Assembly: GCA_964526295.1 (NCBI GenBank)
Contig: CAZGKW010000003.1
Location: 14,962-78,961 of the forward strand
Reading direction: 5' to 3'
Origin: an uncultured Anaerolineales bacterium
GTDB taxonomy: Bacteria > Planctomycetota > Phycisphaerae > FEN-1346
DNA: 64,000 bases
Position numbers and translations under genes: made by a program. A model generated the notes under the pieces. The model ran no database searches, was not told where the DNA came from, and saw only the letters and a list, made by a program, of their open reading frames with translations. Shown in pieces: positions 47,748 through 55,539 of the stretch (positions within the stretch are counted from its first letter, which is position 1; each line of letters begins with the position of its first letter).

Positions 47748-50057
47748 CTACGGCGCCATCGCGGCGCCAGCGCGGCGCCAGCGGCCCTCCAGATAGGCCC
47801 GGATGTTGGCCTCCTCCCGGGCCTCCCACCGCCGCCGCTTCGCCAGAAAGTGATCGTACCGCGCGAGGCCGTCCCCGGCCAGCCCTTCCCGGTAATCGCC
47901 GAAGCACGGCACCAGAAGGTCGATCCAGGTGGCGACTCGGTCGAGGTCCTCGGCCGAGAGGGGGACGCCGCCGTGGCCCGACTCGAGCATCCGCACGAGC
48001 TTGCTCTTCGCAGCGCCCGCGTGATAGGGGGGCAGCATGGGCGGGGCGGACTGGGGGCTGATCCAGCTCGCCACCGCCGGATGGGCCAAGGCCCGATACG
48101 ACCGGCTCCACGTGCCCGGCTCGCCCTGGAGGCTGAAGGCCGCTGTGGCGTTCGTTTCCTCAGCCTCGGCGCCAGCGCGATCGCCTGTCGTCTGACGCGG
48201 CTTTCGCTTCAGCTTCAGATACGGAGGCGGGCGGTCCAGATGGTGGCAGCCGACGCAGTGCCGATCGAGGATCGGTTGGATCTCGCGGTGGAAGCTGAAG
48301 CCGCGGGGCGGGCCCTGCCACGGCTCGAGCTTCTCCGGTCCCGCCCGCTGGGCCAACGCGACGGCGCCGACGGGAGGGGCCCGGTTCTTGTTCTCATGGC
48401 ACCCGACGCAGGAGACCGTCTCGCCGGGCTGGACGGTGAGCCAGCTCCGCATCGTCTGGGCGGCGTGGCCCTTGCCGTCGAGGGCCTGGAAGTAGACCGG
48501 CGTCCGGGCGCCGACCTCGAAGCAGGCCGACCCGTCCTCGTAGACACGGGCCGTCCCGAGGACGACCTTGACGTCCCAGGCGCCGCCGATGGAGATGGGG
48601 GTCGAGACGAGGGCGCTCCCGGCCGGGCCGCGGTTGTGATTGTTCCCCACGCCGGCGGCCCGGAACCGCAGGGCCACGACACGGAGCCGCTTGATGGTCC
48701 CCCGCTCGACGCCCGCCAAGCCCGGCCCGGCGTAGACGTCCTGCATGGTGACCGTGCCGGTCTCGCGGGTGTAATCCACGAAGTCGGGCCGCAGAGGCGG
48801 CCGGGGCCGCGGCGCGAGTGGAATCGGCTGGTTCGACGAGATGGACTCGTCCCAGGCGAGCAGCTCGCGCTCCCCGGCGGCGGTTACGAAGTAGATGGCG
48901 AACGGCCGGCGCGAGCCCGCCGGCTTCAGAGTCACCAGGAACGCGTCCCCCCCCAGGGGCCAGGGGTACTGGAACTGGTCGCCCTGCTGGCCGAGGCGGT
49001 CGACGCGGAGGGCGGGCGTTGCGCGGACCGGGGCGATGAGCTGGGCACCGCGGTCCTCCTGACGCCCGCGACCCGGGTCAATCAGGCCCAGCCAACCTTG
49101 CTGCCGCGTGTGGTGCCCGGTGAAGGTGGCGACGTACGTGCCCGTGCCGGGAACGGCCCGCGCGTGCAGGATGGTCGTCGGATAGTACGAGTTGTTGCCG
49201 TAGACTTCGGTCTGGCCGGTCCCGTCGGGGTACATCTGGAACAGGCCCTGCGGGTAAATCTGGCCGCGGTCGTTGTAGTCCCACCGGGTGTAGACGACGC
49301 GGCCGTCGGGCGTGACGGTGGGGAAGTTGGTATGGACCTGGTCGAAGGAGAGGCGGCGGAGGTAACGGCCGCGGGGGTCGCACGTGTAGAGGTTCGACAC
49401 CTCCGTCCACCAGCAGTCGACTGTTTGGACGCACCGGGTGGAGTTGAAGACGATGTCGCCGCTCGGCAGGTACTGCCCCTCGTAGTCGGCGAAGCCGAGG
49501 CCGTCGGTGATCTGGCGGACGGGGCCGGCCGAGATCCCTTCGTCGTCGTCGGTGCCTTCCAGGGCCACCTCGTAGAGATGGTAGTCGTCGTCGCGGTCGG
49601 ACTTCTTCCAGGCGAACAGGACCCGCCGCCCGTCCCACGAGACCTCGGGGTCGCGGATGACGCCGTCGCGGTCGTCGAGCAGCGTCCGGACGGTGCCGTA
49701 CGGGCCGTCCATCTCCAGGAGGCACAGGCTCGACCCGGGGCGGAAGTGCCGCTCGCGCTGAGCGTCCGACTGGCCCTCCGTGTAGGCATAATGTGAGCCG
49801 CCCATGTCGAAGTGCCGGGTGAAGATGACGCGACGAAGGCGATCGAGGTGCGGGCCGAGACGGCGGACTCGGCGGGCGTGGCAGGAGGCCAGATAAGGGG
49901 CGTCGGCGGGCCCGGTCCGGCCGTCCTGCTCACACCAGTCCTCGACGATCCGCGCCGGGACGTCGGGCGGCGCGCCGGCCCGGACGGGACGGGCGCTCAG
50001 GGTCGGCGCGACCAGCACGGCCAATGCCGCCGCCATCCATCGCCCGAGAGATCGCAT
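47748..50057 (-). CDS. secreted beta-propeller (TolB/PD40-like) protein with two c-type haem-binding sites
   Basis: Signal peptide MRSLGRWMAAALAVLVAPTLSA. PD40-like blades (VSWDGRRVLFAW, TVTPDGRVVYTRWDYND). C-terminus has CVGCHENKN and CVGCHH (CxxCH x2). Confidence 0.75.
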   Translation of the reverse strand: MRSLGRWMAAALAVLVAPTLSARPVRAGAPPDVPARIVEDWCEQDGRTGPADAPYLASCHARRVRRLGPHLDRLRRVIFTRHFDMGGSHYAYTEGQSDAQRERHFRPGSSLCLLEMDGPYGTVRTLLDDRDGVIRDPEVSWDGRRVLFAWKKSDRDDDYHLYEVALEGTDDDEGISAGPVRQITDGLGFADYEGQYLPSGDIVFNSTRCVQTVDCWWTEVSNLYTCDPRGRYLRRLSFDQVHTNFPTVTPDGRVVYTRWDYNDRGQIYPQGLFQMYPDGTGQTEVYGNNSYYPTTILHARAVPGTGTYVATFTGHHTRQQGWLGLIDPGRGRQEDRGAQLIAPVRATPALRVDRLGQQGDQFQYPWPLGGDAFLVTLKPAGSRRPFAIYFVTAAGERELLAWDESISSNQPIPLAPRPRPPLRPDFVDYTRETGTVTMQDVYAGPGLAGVERGTIKRLRVVALRFRAAGVGNNHNRGPAGSALVSTPISIGGAWDVKVVLGTARVYEDGSACFEVGARTPVYFQALDGKGHAAQTMRSWLTVQPGETVSCVGCHENKNRAPPVGAVALAQRAGPEKLEPWQGPPRGFSFHREIQPILDRHCVGCHHLDRPPPYLKLKRKPRQTTGDRAGAEAEETNATAAFSLQGEPGTWSRSYRALAHPAVASWISPQSAPPMLPPYHAGAAKSKLVRMLESGHGGVPLSAEDLDRVATWIDLLVPCFGDYREGLAGDGLARYDHFLAKRRRWEAREEANIRAYLEGRWRRAGAAMAP

Positions 50058-50107
50058 CGAAATCCCTCGACCGCGCCATCTTACACCATGCCCGGCGGAA
50101 GGCATCC

Positions 50108-52600
50108 TCATTCGGCGGGCGTCACCTCGACCTCGAGCGGGCGCGTCGCGCTCTCGACGACCAGCTTCCCCCGCTGGGGCTCGGTGCCCTCCGCCAGGCC
50201 CACGATAAAGCGGGCCGGCGTCGCCTTGAGGAACTTGCCCAGCCCTTTGCGGCCGAAGCCGAAGACGGTCATGTTCCCCTGCATCGGCCAGTACGAGTCG
50301 ACGAGCCGGTCGTCGGCCTCCTGGGCAAGGAACAGAATCCGGTTCCGCACCGGGTCCCCGAAGTAGAGCCACTCCGGGTCGGGCAGGTCGCCGGTCCACC
50401 TCTTCGAAGCGGGCGTCCTGGTGCCGTCGGACCGGACGCAGAAGTCGGTGGCCTCGTCCAGCTCGCCGCCGGGCGTCCCTTCGTAGAGGAACCAGTAGGC
50501 GTGGTCGGCCCGGGTGACCGTCAGGCGCGCCAGCGCCGGGAACACGTCCCAGTGGCAGGCCCATTTGCCGTCGGCCGACTCCGACGCGATCCGCACCCGG
50601 ACAGGCCCTCGGTGGACGATGCGGCTCGTGCATTTCGTGCCGCCGGGGTGGAAGTAGCCCTCGGGATGGACGAGGTTGGGGATGCCGCGGTACCGCCCGT
50701 CGGAGCCGCCCTTGGGGTGGAAGCCGATCCAGTCGCGCCCGTCGTGGTCCTCGAGGCTGGCGAAGCCGGCCCCGGCCTTGTGGTAGTACCACGTGGCGGC
50801 AGGGGTCTGGAGGCGATAGCTCTCCTGGCCCTCGTGGTCGACGCCGTCGGTCAGGCGGACGAGTTCATCCGTCGGGGCGGACCGCCTGCGGCTCGGCGCG
50901 CCCGGTTCGATGAGGAACTGCCGTGCGTTGCCGGCCGGCATCTCGCCGCGAAGCCAGATGACGAGGATGCCGTGACCCGGCTCGTCGGGGTCGGCGTCGA
51001 ACTGATGCGGCACGGCGACGCGGGCCCGAGGCCGGGCGGGGTCGGTCTCGAAGACATGGGGGGCACCGGCGCCCGGCGGCACGCGGACGGCGACCTCGAC
51101 GGGTAGCTCGAGGCGGGCGACACCGGCGGCGCCGACCTTGACGCGGGCGCGGCCCCCCTTGGTGAGAGCGGCGACGGGCATGGCAGCGCCGCCCCAGCTC
51201 GTCTCCGGACGCGCCGATGGCCGTTCGGGCGTCGCGGCGGCGTAGACGCGCGGCGCGCCTGAGGCCCCCCTGCGGGGTCGTGCCCCGGACGCTCCGGCCG
51301 ACCTCTTGTCACGCACGGACAGGCACACCAGGTCGCCGCTGCGGTCCTTGCACGCGACGATCCCGTCCGACAGGGCCACGTGCGGATAGCACGTTCCGCC
51401 GACGAGTTTCTCGGCGCGGCCGAGCTCCCGGTACTCGCGGACCGACGGCGAGGCGTCAACCAGCACGAGCCGCCCGTTGCCGAACGCCAGGAGCTTCTCG
51501 TCGGCAGCGGTCACGAGGCACGAGCCGTGCCCGAAGCTGCCGCCCTTCCACCGCGTCTCACCCGTCGCGAGATCGAGACACTTCAACGATTTATCGGCGA
51601 TGAAAACCTGGCCCTTGTGGATGACGGGGCTGGAGACCTTCGAATGCTCCCGCGTCTGCCACCGTTCCTGGACGCCGCGCGCCGTGATCTCGAAGCAGGC
51701 CGTCCGGCTGACGTTGTAGTCGCTCGTGACGACGATGCGGGTGCCGGCGACGGCGGGGGTCGGGATGTTGTTGGCGAAGTCGGTCTGCCACTTCCACGCC
51801 GCCAGTGTCCGACCTTCGTGCCCCTTGTCGGCCCGCATCACGACGACGTTCTGAAGGGCGAGCGAGACGAGGCAGTCGCGTCCGGCGATTTGACACGGGA
51901 CCGGTCCGCCCGAGTGGCCGGCGGGCCGGTTGTACTCCGAGCGCCACCGCTCGGCGCCGGTCTGCTTGTCGAAGGCGACGATCGTTCCCTCGGCCGCGCC
52001 GACCTCCACGATCACCAGGTCCCCCCAGACGAGCGGCGAGCCGGGGAACCCGTAGTCACGCCGGCCCTTCCCCACGTCCGGCCGCTGGCGGATTGTGTAG
52101 CGGTCGAAGAAGTTCACGCTCCAAACGGGCTTCCCGCCCGCGGCCGCGTCCCAGCACTTGAGGTCGCCGTCGATCGAGACCGTATAGAGCCACCCGGTGT
52201 CGGCGTCGAAGGTCGGCGTCGCGGACGGCCCGCCGTAGGCCCCCGTATCGCCGGTTCGGAGGCGGCTCTGGTAGCGGCAGGGGTAGGACTGCTTCCACAG
52301 CTCGCGTCCGGTGGCAGCGTCGAAGCAGTAGACCGTGTCGGTGCCGGTCTTCGCCCGGCGGCCGCCGCTGCCGTGCCAGCCCATGGTGTAGAGCTTGCCG
52401 TCGGCGATGATGGGCGAGGTGCACCCCTTGCCGACGCTGGCGCGCCACAGCTCCCGCGGCGGCCAGCCGTCGGGCCATCCCGAGCTCTCGGGCGTCACGT
52501 CCGTGTGGTCCGGGCCGCGCCACTGGGGCCAGTCGGCGGCCTCGACGGACGCCGCGATGGCCAGGACGACGACCCCGCACAGCCACAGGCGCATTCTCAT
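50108..52600 (-). CDS. PQQ-like (BamB-type) beta-propeller protein continuous in-frame with a 357-aa domain of unknown function
   Basis: Signal peptide MRMRLWLCGVVVLAIAASVEA. ADWPQWRG PQQ-propeller start. Ser/Ala/Gly/Arg-rich linker, then an in-frame ATG (about 51182) opening an unknown domain. Confidence 0.7.
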   Translation of the reverse strand: MRMRLWLCGVVVLAIAASVEAADWPQWRGPDHTDVTPESSGWPDGWPPRELWRASVGKGCTSPIIADGKLYTMGWHGSGGRRAKTGTDTVYCFDAATGRELWKQSYPCRYQSRLRTGDTGAYGGPSATPTFDADTGWLYTVSIDGDLKCWDAAAGGKPVWSVNFFDRYTIRQRPDVGKGRRDYGFPGSPLVWGDLVIVEVGAAEGTIVAFDKQTGAERWRSEYNRPAGHSGGPVPCQIAGRDCLVSLALQNVVVMRADKGHEGRTLAAWKWQTDFANNIPTPAVAGTRIVVTSDYNVSRTACFEITARGVQERWQTREHSKVSSPVIHKGQVFIADKSLKCLDLATGETRWKGGSFGHGSCLVTAADEKLLAFGNGRLVLVDASPSVREYRELGRAEKLVGGTCYPHVALSDGIVACKDRSGDLVCLSVRDKRSAGASGARPRRGASGAPRVYAAATPERPSARPETSWGGAAMPVAALTKGGRARVKVGAAGVARLELPVEVAVRVPPGAGAPHVFETDPARPRARVAVPHQFDADPDEPGHGILVIWLRGEMPAGNARQFLIEPGAPSRRRSAPTDELVRLTDGVDHEGQESYRLQTPAATWYYHKAGAGFASLEDHDGRDWIGFHPKGGSDGRYRGIPNLVHPEGYFHPGGTKCTSRIVHRGPVRVRIASESADGKWACHWDVFPALARLTVTRADHAYWFLYEGTPGGELDEATDFCVRSDGTRTPASKRWTGDLPDPEWLYFGDPVRNRILFLAQEADDRLVDSYWPMQGNMTVFGFGRKGLGKFLKATPARFIVGLAEGTEPQRGKLVVESATRPLEVEVTPAE

Positions 52601-52643
52601 GGCAAGCCCTCTCTCTGGCGGCGGGCCGTCTCGGCCGCGACGG

Positions 52644-53783
52644 TCAGACGTCGACCCACTCGCCGGTCCGGGCCGATTCGCGGGTCCGCTCGATGAGCCG
52701 CTGGACGTAGGCGCCCTGCTCCAGGGGTGGATCGCCCGACCGCCCCGCCGCCACATTGTCCAGGAAGTGTGCCAGAGAGGCCGCGTGGGCCCGGAGCCAG
52801 CCGGGCGTCGCCTTCGGCGTAGGGAACCGGGTGTCGGGCGGCGGATAGCGCTGGCCCGTCGCGACGCGGGTCCACCCGCGGCGGCCGCCCATCGGCTCGC
52901 CAGGCGCCGTCGCGTCGAAGATGTCGAGGTAGTGCGGGGCCATCAGGTTAAACCGCAGCGCCCCCTTCGAGCCGTGGACCTCCAGGCGCAGCTCGTCCTC
53001 CGTGCCGGTCGCGAGCTTGGTCGCCTCCACTGTCCCCAGGGCCCCGCCCCGCATCCGGGCGACGACCTTGACGGAGTCCTCGGCCTCGACCGGCACCCGT
53101 CGCGAGGGGTCCGCCGGGTCGGGCCGGTCGGGATAGGCGATCCGCGTCGCGGCGACGAGACGGTCGAAGTCCTCGCCCAGGATCGCGTGGACCAGGTCGA
53201 AGGCGTGGGACGCCAGGTCGGCGATGACCCCACCGCCGGCCTCCGCCGCGAGCTTCCACTTGAGCGGCGTTGCCGGGTCGGCGCTGCCGGCGTGCAGGTA
53301 CGCCGCCCGGTACTCCAGCACCGCCCCGAGGAAGCCCTCCTCGACGAGGGCCCGGGCCCGCATCGTCGCGGGGAAGAACCGGTTGTGGAACGTCATCTGG
53401 CCGGTCGCGGTGTAACCGTCCAGGGCGGCAGCGACCTGCTCGGCCTCGGCCCACGTCGCCACGAGCGGCTTGTCGCAATAGATGTGCTTGCCGCCGGCGA
53501 TGGCCGCAAGCAGGGGGGCCTTGTGCAGGTGGTTGGGCGTGCAGATGTGGACGATGTCGACGTCGGGGCCCTCGGCGACCTCGCGCCAGTCCGTGACGGC
53601 GTGGTCGGCGCCGACCTGGGCGGCCCCCTTCTCGGCGGTCTCGCGGCGGCTGGTGCAGACGTGCGTGATCCGGGCACGAAGCGGCGGCGGGTCGCGAAGG
53701 AGCGGCAGGTTCAGGTAGCCGTAGGCGTGGACGCGGCCGATGAAGCCGAACCCGATTATCCCGACGCGATACTCGTCCGCCAT
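52644..53783 (-). CDS. Gfo/Idh/MocA family oxidoreductase
   Basis: VGIIGFGFIGRVH, CDKP. Confidence 0.8.
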   Translation of the reverse strand: MADEYRVGIIGFGFIGRVHAYGYLNLPLLRDPPPLRARITHVCTSRRETAEKGAAQVGADHAVTDWREVAEGPDVDIVHICTPNHLHKAPLLAAIAGGKHIYCDKPLVATWAEAEQVAAALDGYTATGQMTFHNRFFPATMRARALVEEGFLGAVLEYRAAYLHAGSADPATPLKWKLAAEAGGGVIADLASHAFDLVHAILGEDFDRLVAATRIAYPDRPDPADPSRRVPVEAEDSVKVVARMRGGALGTVEATKLATGTEDELRLEVHGSKGALRFNLMAPHYLDIFDATAPGEPMGGRRGWTRVATGQRYPPPDTRFPTPKATPGWLRAHAASLAHFLDNVAAGRSGDPPLEQGAYVQRLIERTRESARTGEWVDV

Positions 53784-53988
53784 CGCTGTCCGCCTTCCGT
53801 CAGCCCAACGGCGCGCTCACGAAACGCCTCGCCGCGCCCGCTACCAGTGTAACCGGCGATCCCGGCCGAGTGAATCGGAAGAACACGGGTGGGGAGGCGG
53901 CGGCGAGGCGACCCCGGCGGTACGGCCCGGCCGAGCCGCGACGGCCGGCGCCTTGGGATGACACCCGTCGACGTGGCACATCGCCGGG

Positions 53989-54729
53989 CTACGGCAGCAG
54001 ACGCTCGTCCCACGTCTCGACGCCGGCCGCCTGCCGTCCGGCCAGGAGGTCCGCCAAGGCCCGGACGGCCAGCCGGGCGTCGCCGACGGGCCAGTAGAAC
54101 GCGTCCCAGTTCTCGCCGTCCTCGCCGTCGTGGTTGACGATCACGGCGTCGTATCGCCAAGCGGTCTTGAGTTCGCGGTAGGCGCTCGTGCACCGCCGCT
54201 CGACCTCCTCCAGGTCGAGAAGCGAGAGCTCGCCCTTCTGGCGCCGCGTCCGGCGGAGGAGCTTTCGACGCATGACGTCGGCCACGACGCCCGAAAGCGA
54301 CGCGTGCCGCGCGGGGGCCTTCATCTCCTCGATCTCGGCCTTCGAAAGCGGCGAGACGAAGATCGCGAGCCGCTCGACGCCCTCCGGCAGGTCCATCTCC
54401 AGCAGCTCCGCAGCCACCAGGGGGTTGCCCTCGTAGAACGCATCGCCCTCGGCGGCCTTGCGGCGGACGGCCTCCAGGTCGACGGCCATGAGGTCGCCGC
54501 GAACGTCCATCGCAAGGTAGCCTTCGCGGGAGAAGAGGGCCTCCATCTCGTCGCGGGTGCGGAAATGGTAGTCGCGTCCGTCCACTTCGCCGGGCCGCGG
54601 CGACCGGCTGTTGTAGAGGACGACGGGTTCGAGCGGCCCGGCCAGGTCGGGACACATCCGCCCCAGGGCCTTGACCATCGGCCCCTTGCCCACACAACTC
54701 GGCCCGCTGAGGATAATCAACCGTCCCAT
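53989..54729 (-). CDS. guanylate-kinase-like protein with an atypical P-loop
   Basis: LIILSGPSCVGKGP (Gmk has GPSGAGKST), RPGEVDGRDYHF (Gmk: RPGEVDGVDYFF), YDAVIVNHD. Confidence 0.65.
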   Translation of the reverse strand: MGRLIILSGPSCVGKGPMVKALGRMCPDLAGPLEPVVLYNSRSPRPGEVDGRDYHFRTRDEMEALFSREGYLAMDVRGDLMAVDLEAVRRKAAEGDAFYEGNPLVAAELLEMDLPEGVERLAIFVSPLSKAEIEEMKAPARHASLSGVVADVMRRKLLRRTRRQKGELSLLDLEEVERRCTSAYRELKTAWRYDAVIVNHDGEDGENWDAFYWPVGDARLAVRALADLLAGRQAAGVETWDERLLP

Positions 54730-54889
54730 CGCAAGGGCTCCTTGTGTGTCAGCCGCGCTTGCCAGCGAACGCGTGCGGCGGCGGCTCCAGACCTGGCCGC
54801 CCTCAGCCGAGGAGGTGTCCGACAGCGATGCCCCCCTCACCCCGCGTCTTCGTCCCGGCGCCGCAGGACTACGGCGGGCACGCTCGTGC

Positions 54890-54931
54890 CCCTCTCCCGC
54901 CGGGGGAAAGGGAGGTCATGGGCCCGTCTTA
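54890..54931. repeat. 42-nt GC-rich palindromic element abutting a stop codon (copy 2)
   Basis: gcccctctcccgccgggggaaagggaggtcatgggcccgtct. 36 of 42 positions identical to 11372..11413. Confidence 0.6.
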
Positions 54932-55010
54932 GGCGAACAGGTTGCGGTCGAGGCGGCGGTACAGGACCCCCAGGCCCCGGCGGATCGCCGAAACGCCTTG
55001 GGTGGCCGCC
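54929..55010 (-). repeat. duplicated, diverged 3' end of comM (encodes ..YRRLDRNLFA*)
   Basis: 30-nt exact match gcgaacaggttgcggtcgaggcggcggtac with 55545..55574. The encoded tail ...AIRRGLGVLYRRLDRNLFA* matches the comM tail ...AEAVQYRRLDRNLFA*. Confidence 0.65.
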
Positions 55011-55032
55011 ATCTCGGCAACACAAGGCGCGG

Positions 55033-55254
55033 CTATGCCTCGAACGCCTCGCGCGGCAAGCGGCTCTGGCGGACAATCGAAGCCAAGGTGCCCGGCTTGA
55101 GTTCCTTGTGGTCCGGGACAACCGCCGTGACGGTTGTATCGGGGAGGCGTTTCTGCATCACGATGTGACTTCCTCGGCGGCGGACCTCGGTGAACCCCTC
55201 GGCCGCCAGGATCTCGCAAACCTCACGTCCGGAGAGGACTCGCAGCCTACCCAA
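55033..55254 (-). CDS. hicA: HicA toxin (YcfA-like mRNA interferase)
   Basis: 73 aa. GSHIVMQK...GTLASIVRQ is the HicA signature. Overlaps hicB by 8 nt. Confidence 0.8.
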   Translation of the reverse strand: MGRLRVLSGREVCEILAAEGFTEVRRRGSHIVMQKRLPDTTVTAVVPDHKELKPGTLASIVRQSRLPREAFEA

Positions 55255-55501
55255 TCGTCACCTCGAGCGAACTCAGGTACACCTCGCCGTGAAGGCGCTC
55301 GGCAACCTCCTGGGGGCCGGCGGTCTCGAGAAACAGCTCGACGGCCTCCCGGAGGTTCTCGCGGGCGGCTTCGATGGTCTCGCCCTGGCTGGCTACGTCC
55401 AGTTCAGGACAGAGGGCCACGTAAAGGTCGCCCTCCTTGTGGATCGCCGCCGTAAACGTTCGCTGCGGCACGATGGCCCTCCGTTCCTTGCGGCTTGGCA
55501 T
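55247..55501 (-). CDS. hicB: HicB antitoxin
   Basis: 84 aa. FTAAIHKEGDLYVALCPELDVASQGETIEAARENLREAVELFLE is a typical HicB fold. Confidence 0.75.
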   Translation of the reverse strand: MPSRKERRAIVPQRTFTAAIHKEGDLYVALCPELDVASQGETIEAARENLREAVELFLETAGPQEVAERLHGEVYLSSLEVTIG

Positions 55502-55539
55502 TGTATTATCCCGCAGCCTGACCCACAAGGGCACAGGCC

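Noticed and set aside
11372-54931. Whether the two 42-nt direct repeats delimit a 43.5-kb integrated element (attL/attR)
   Set aside because: The repeats are only 86% identical. The interval contains core housekeeping genes (ispD, tal, an ABC transporter). There is no integrase or other mobility gene in the window. A REP/terminator-type dispersed element explains them better.
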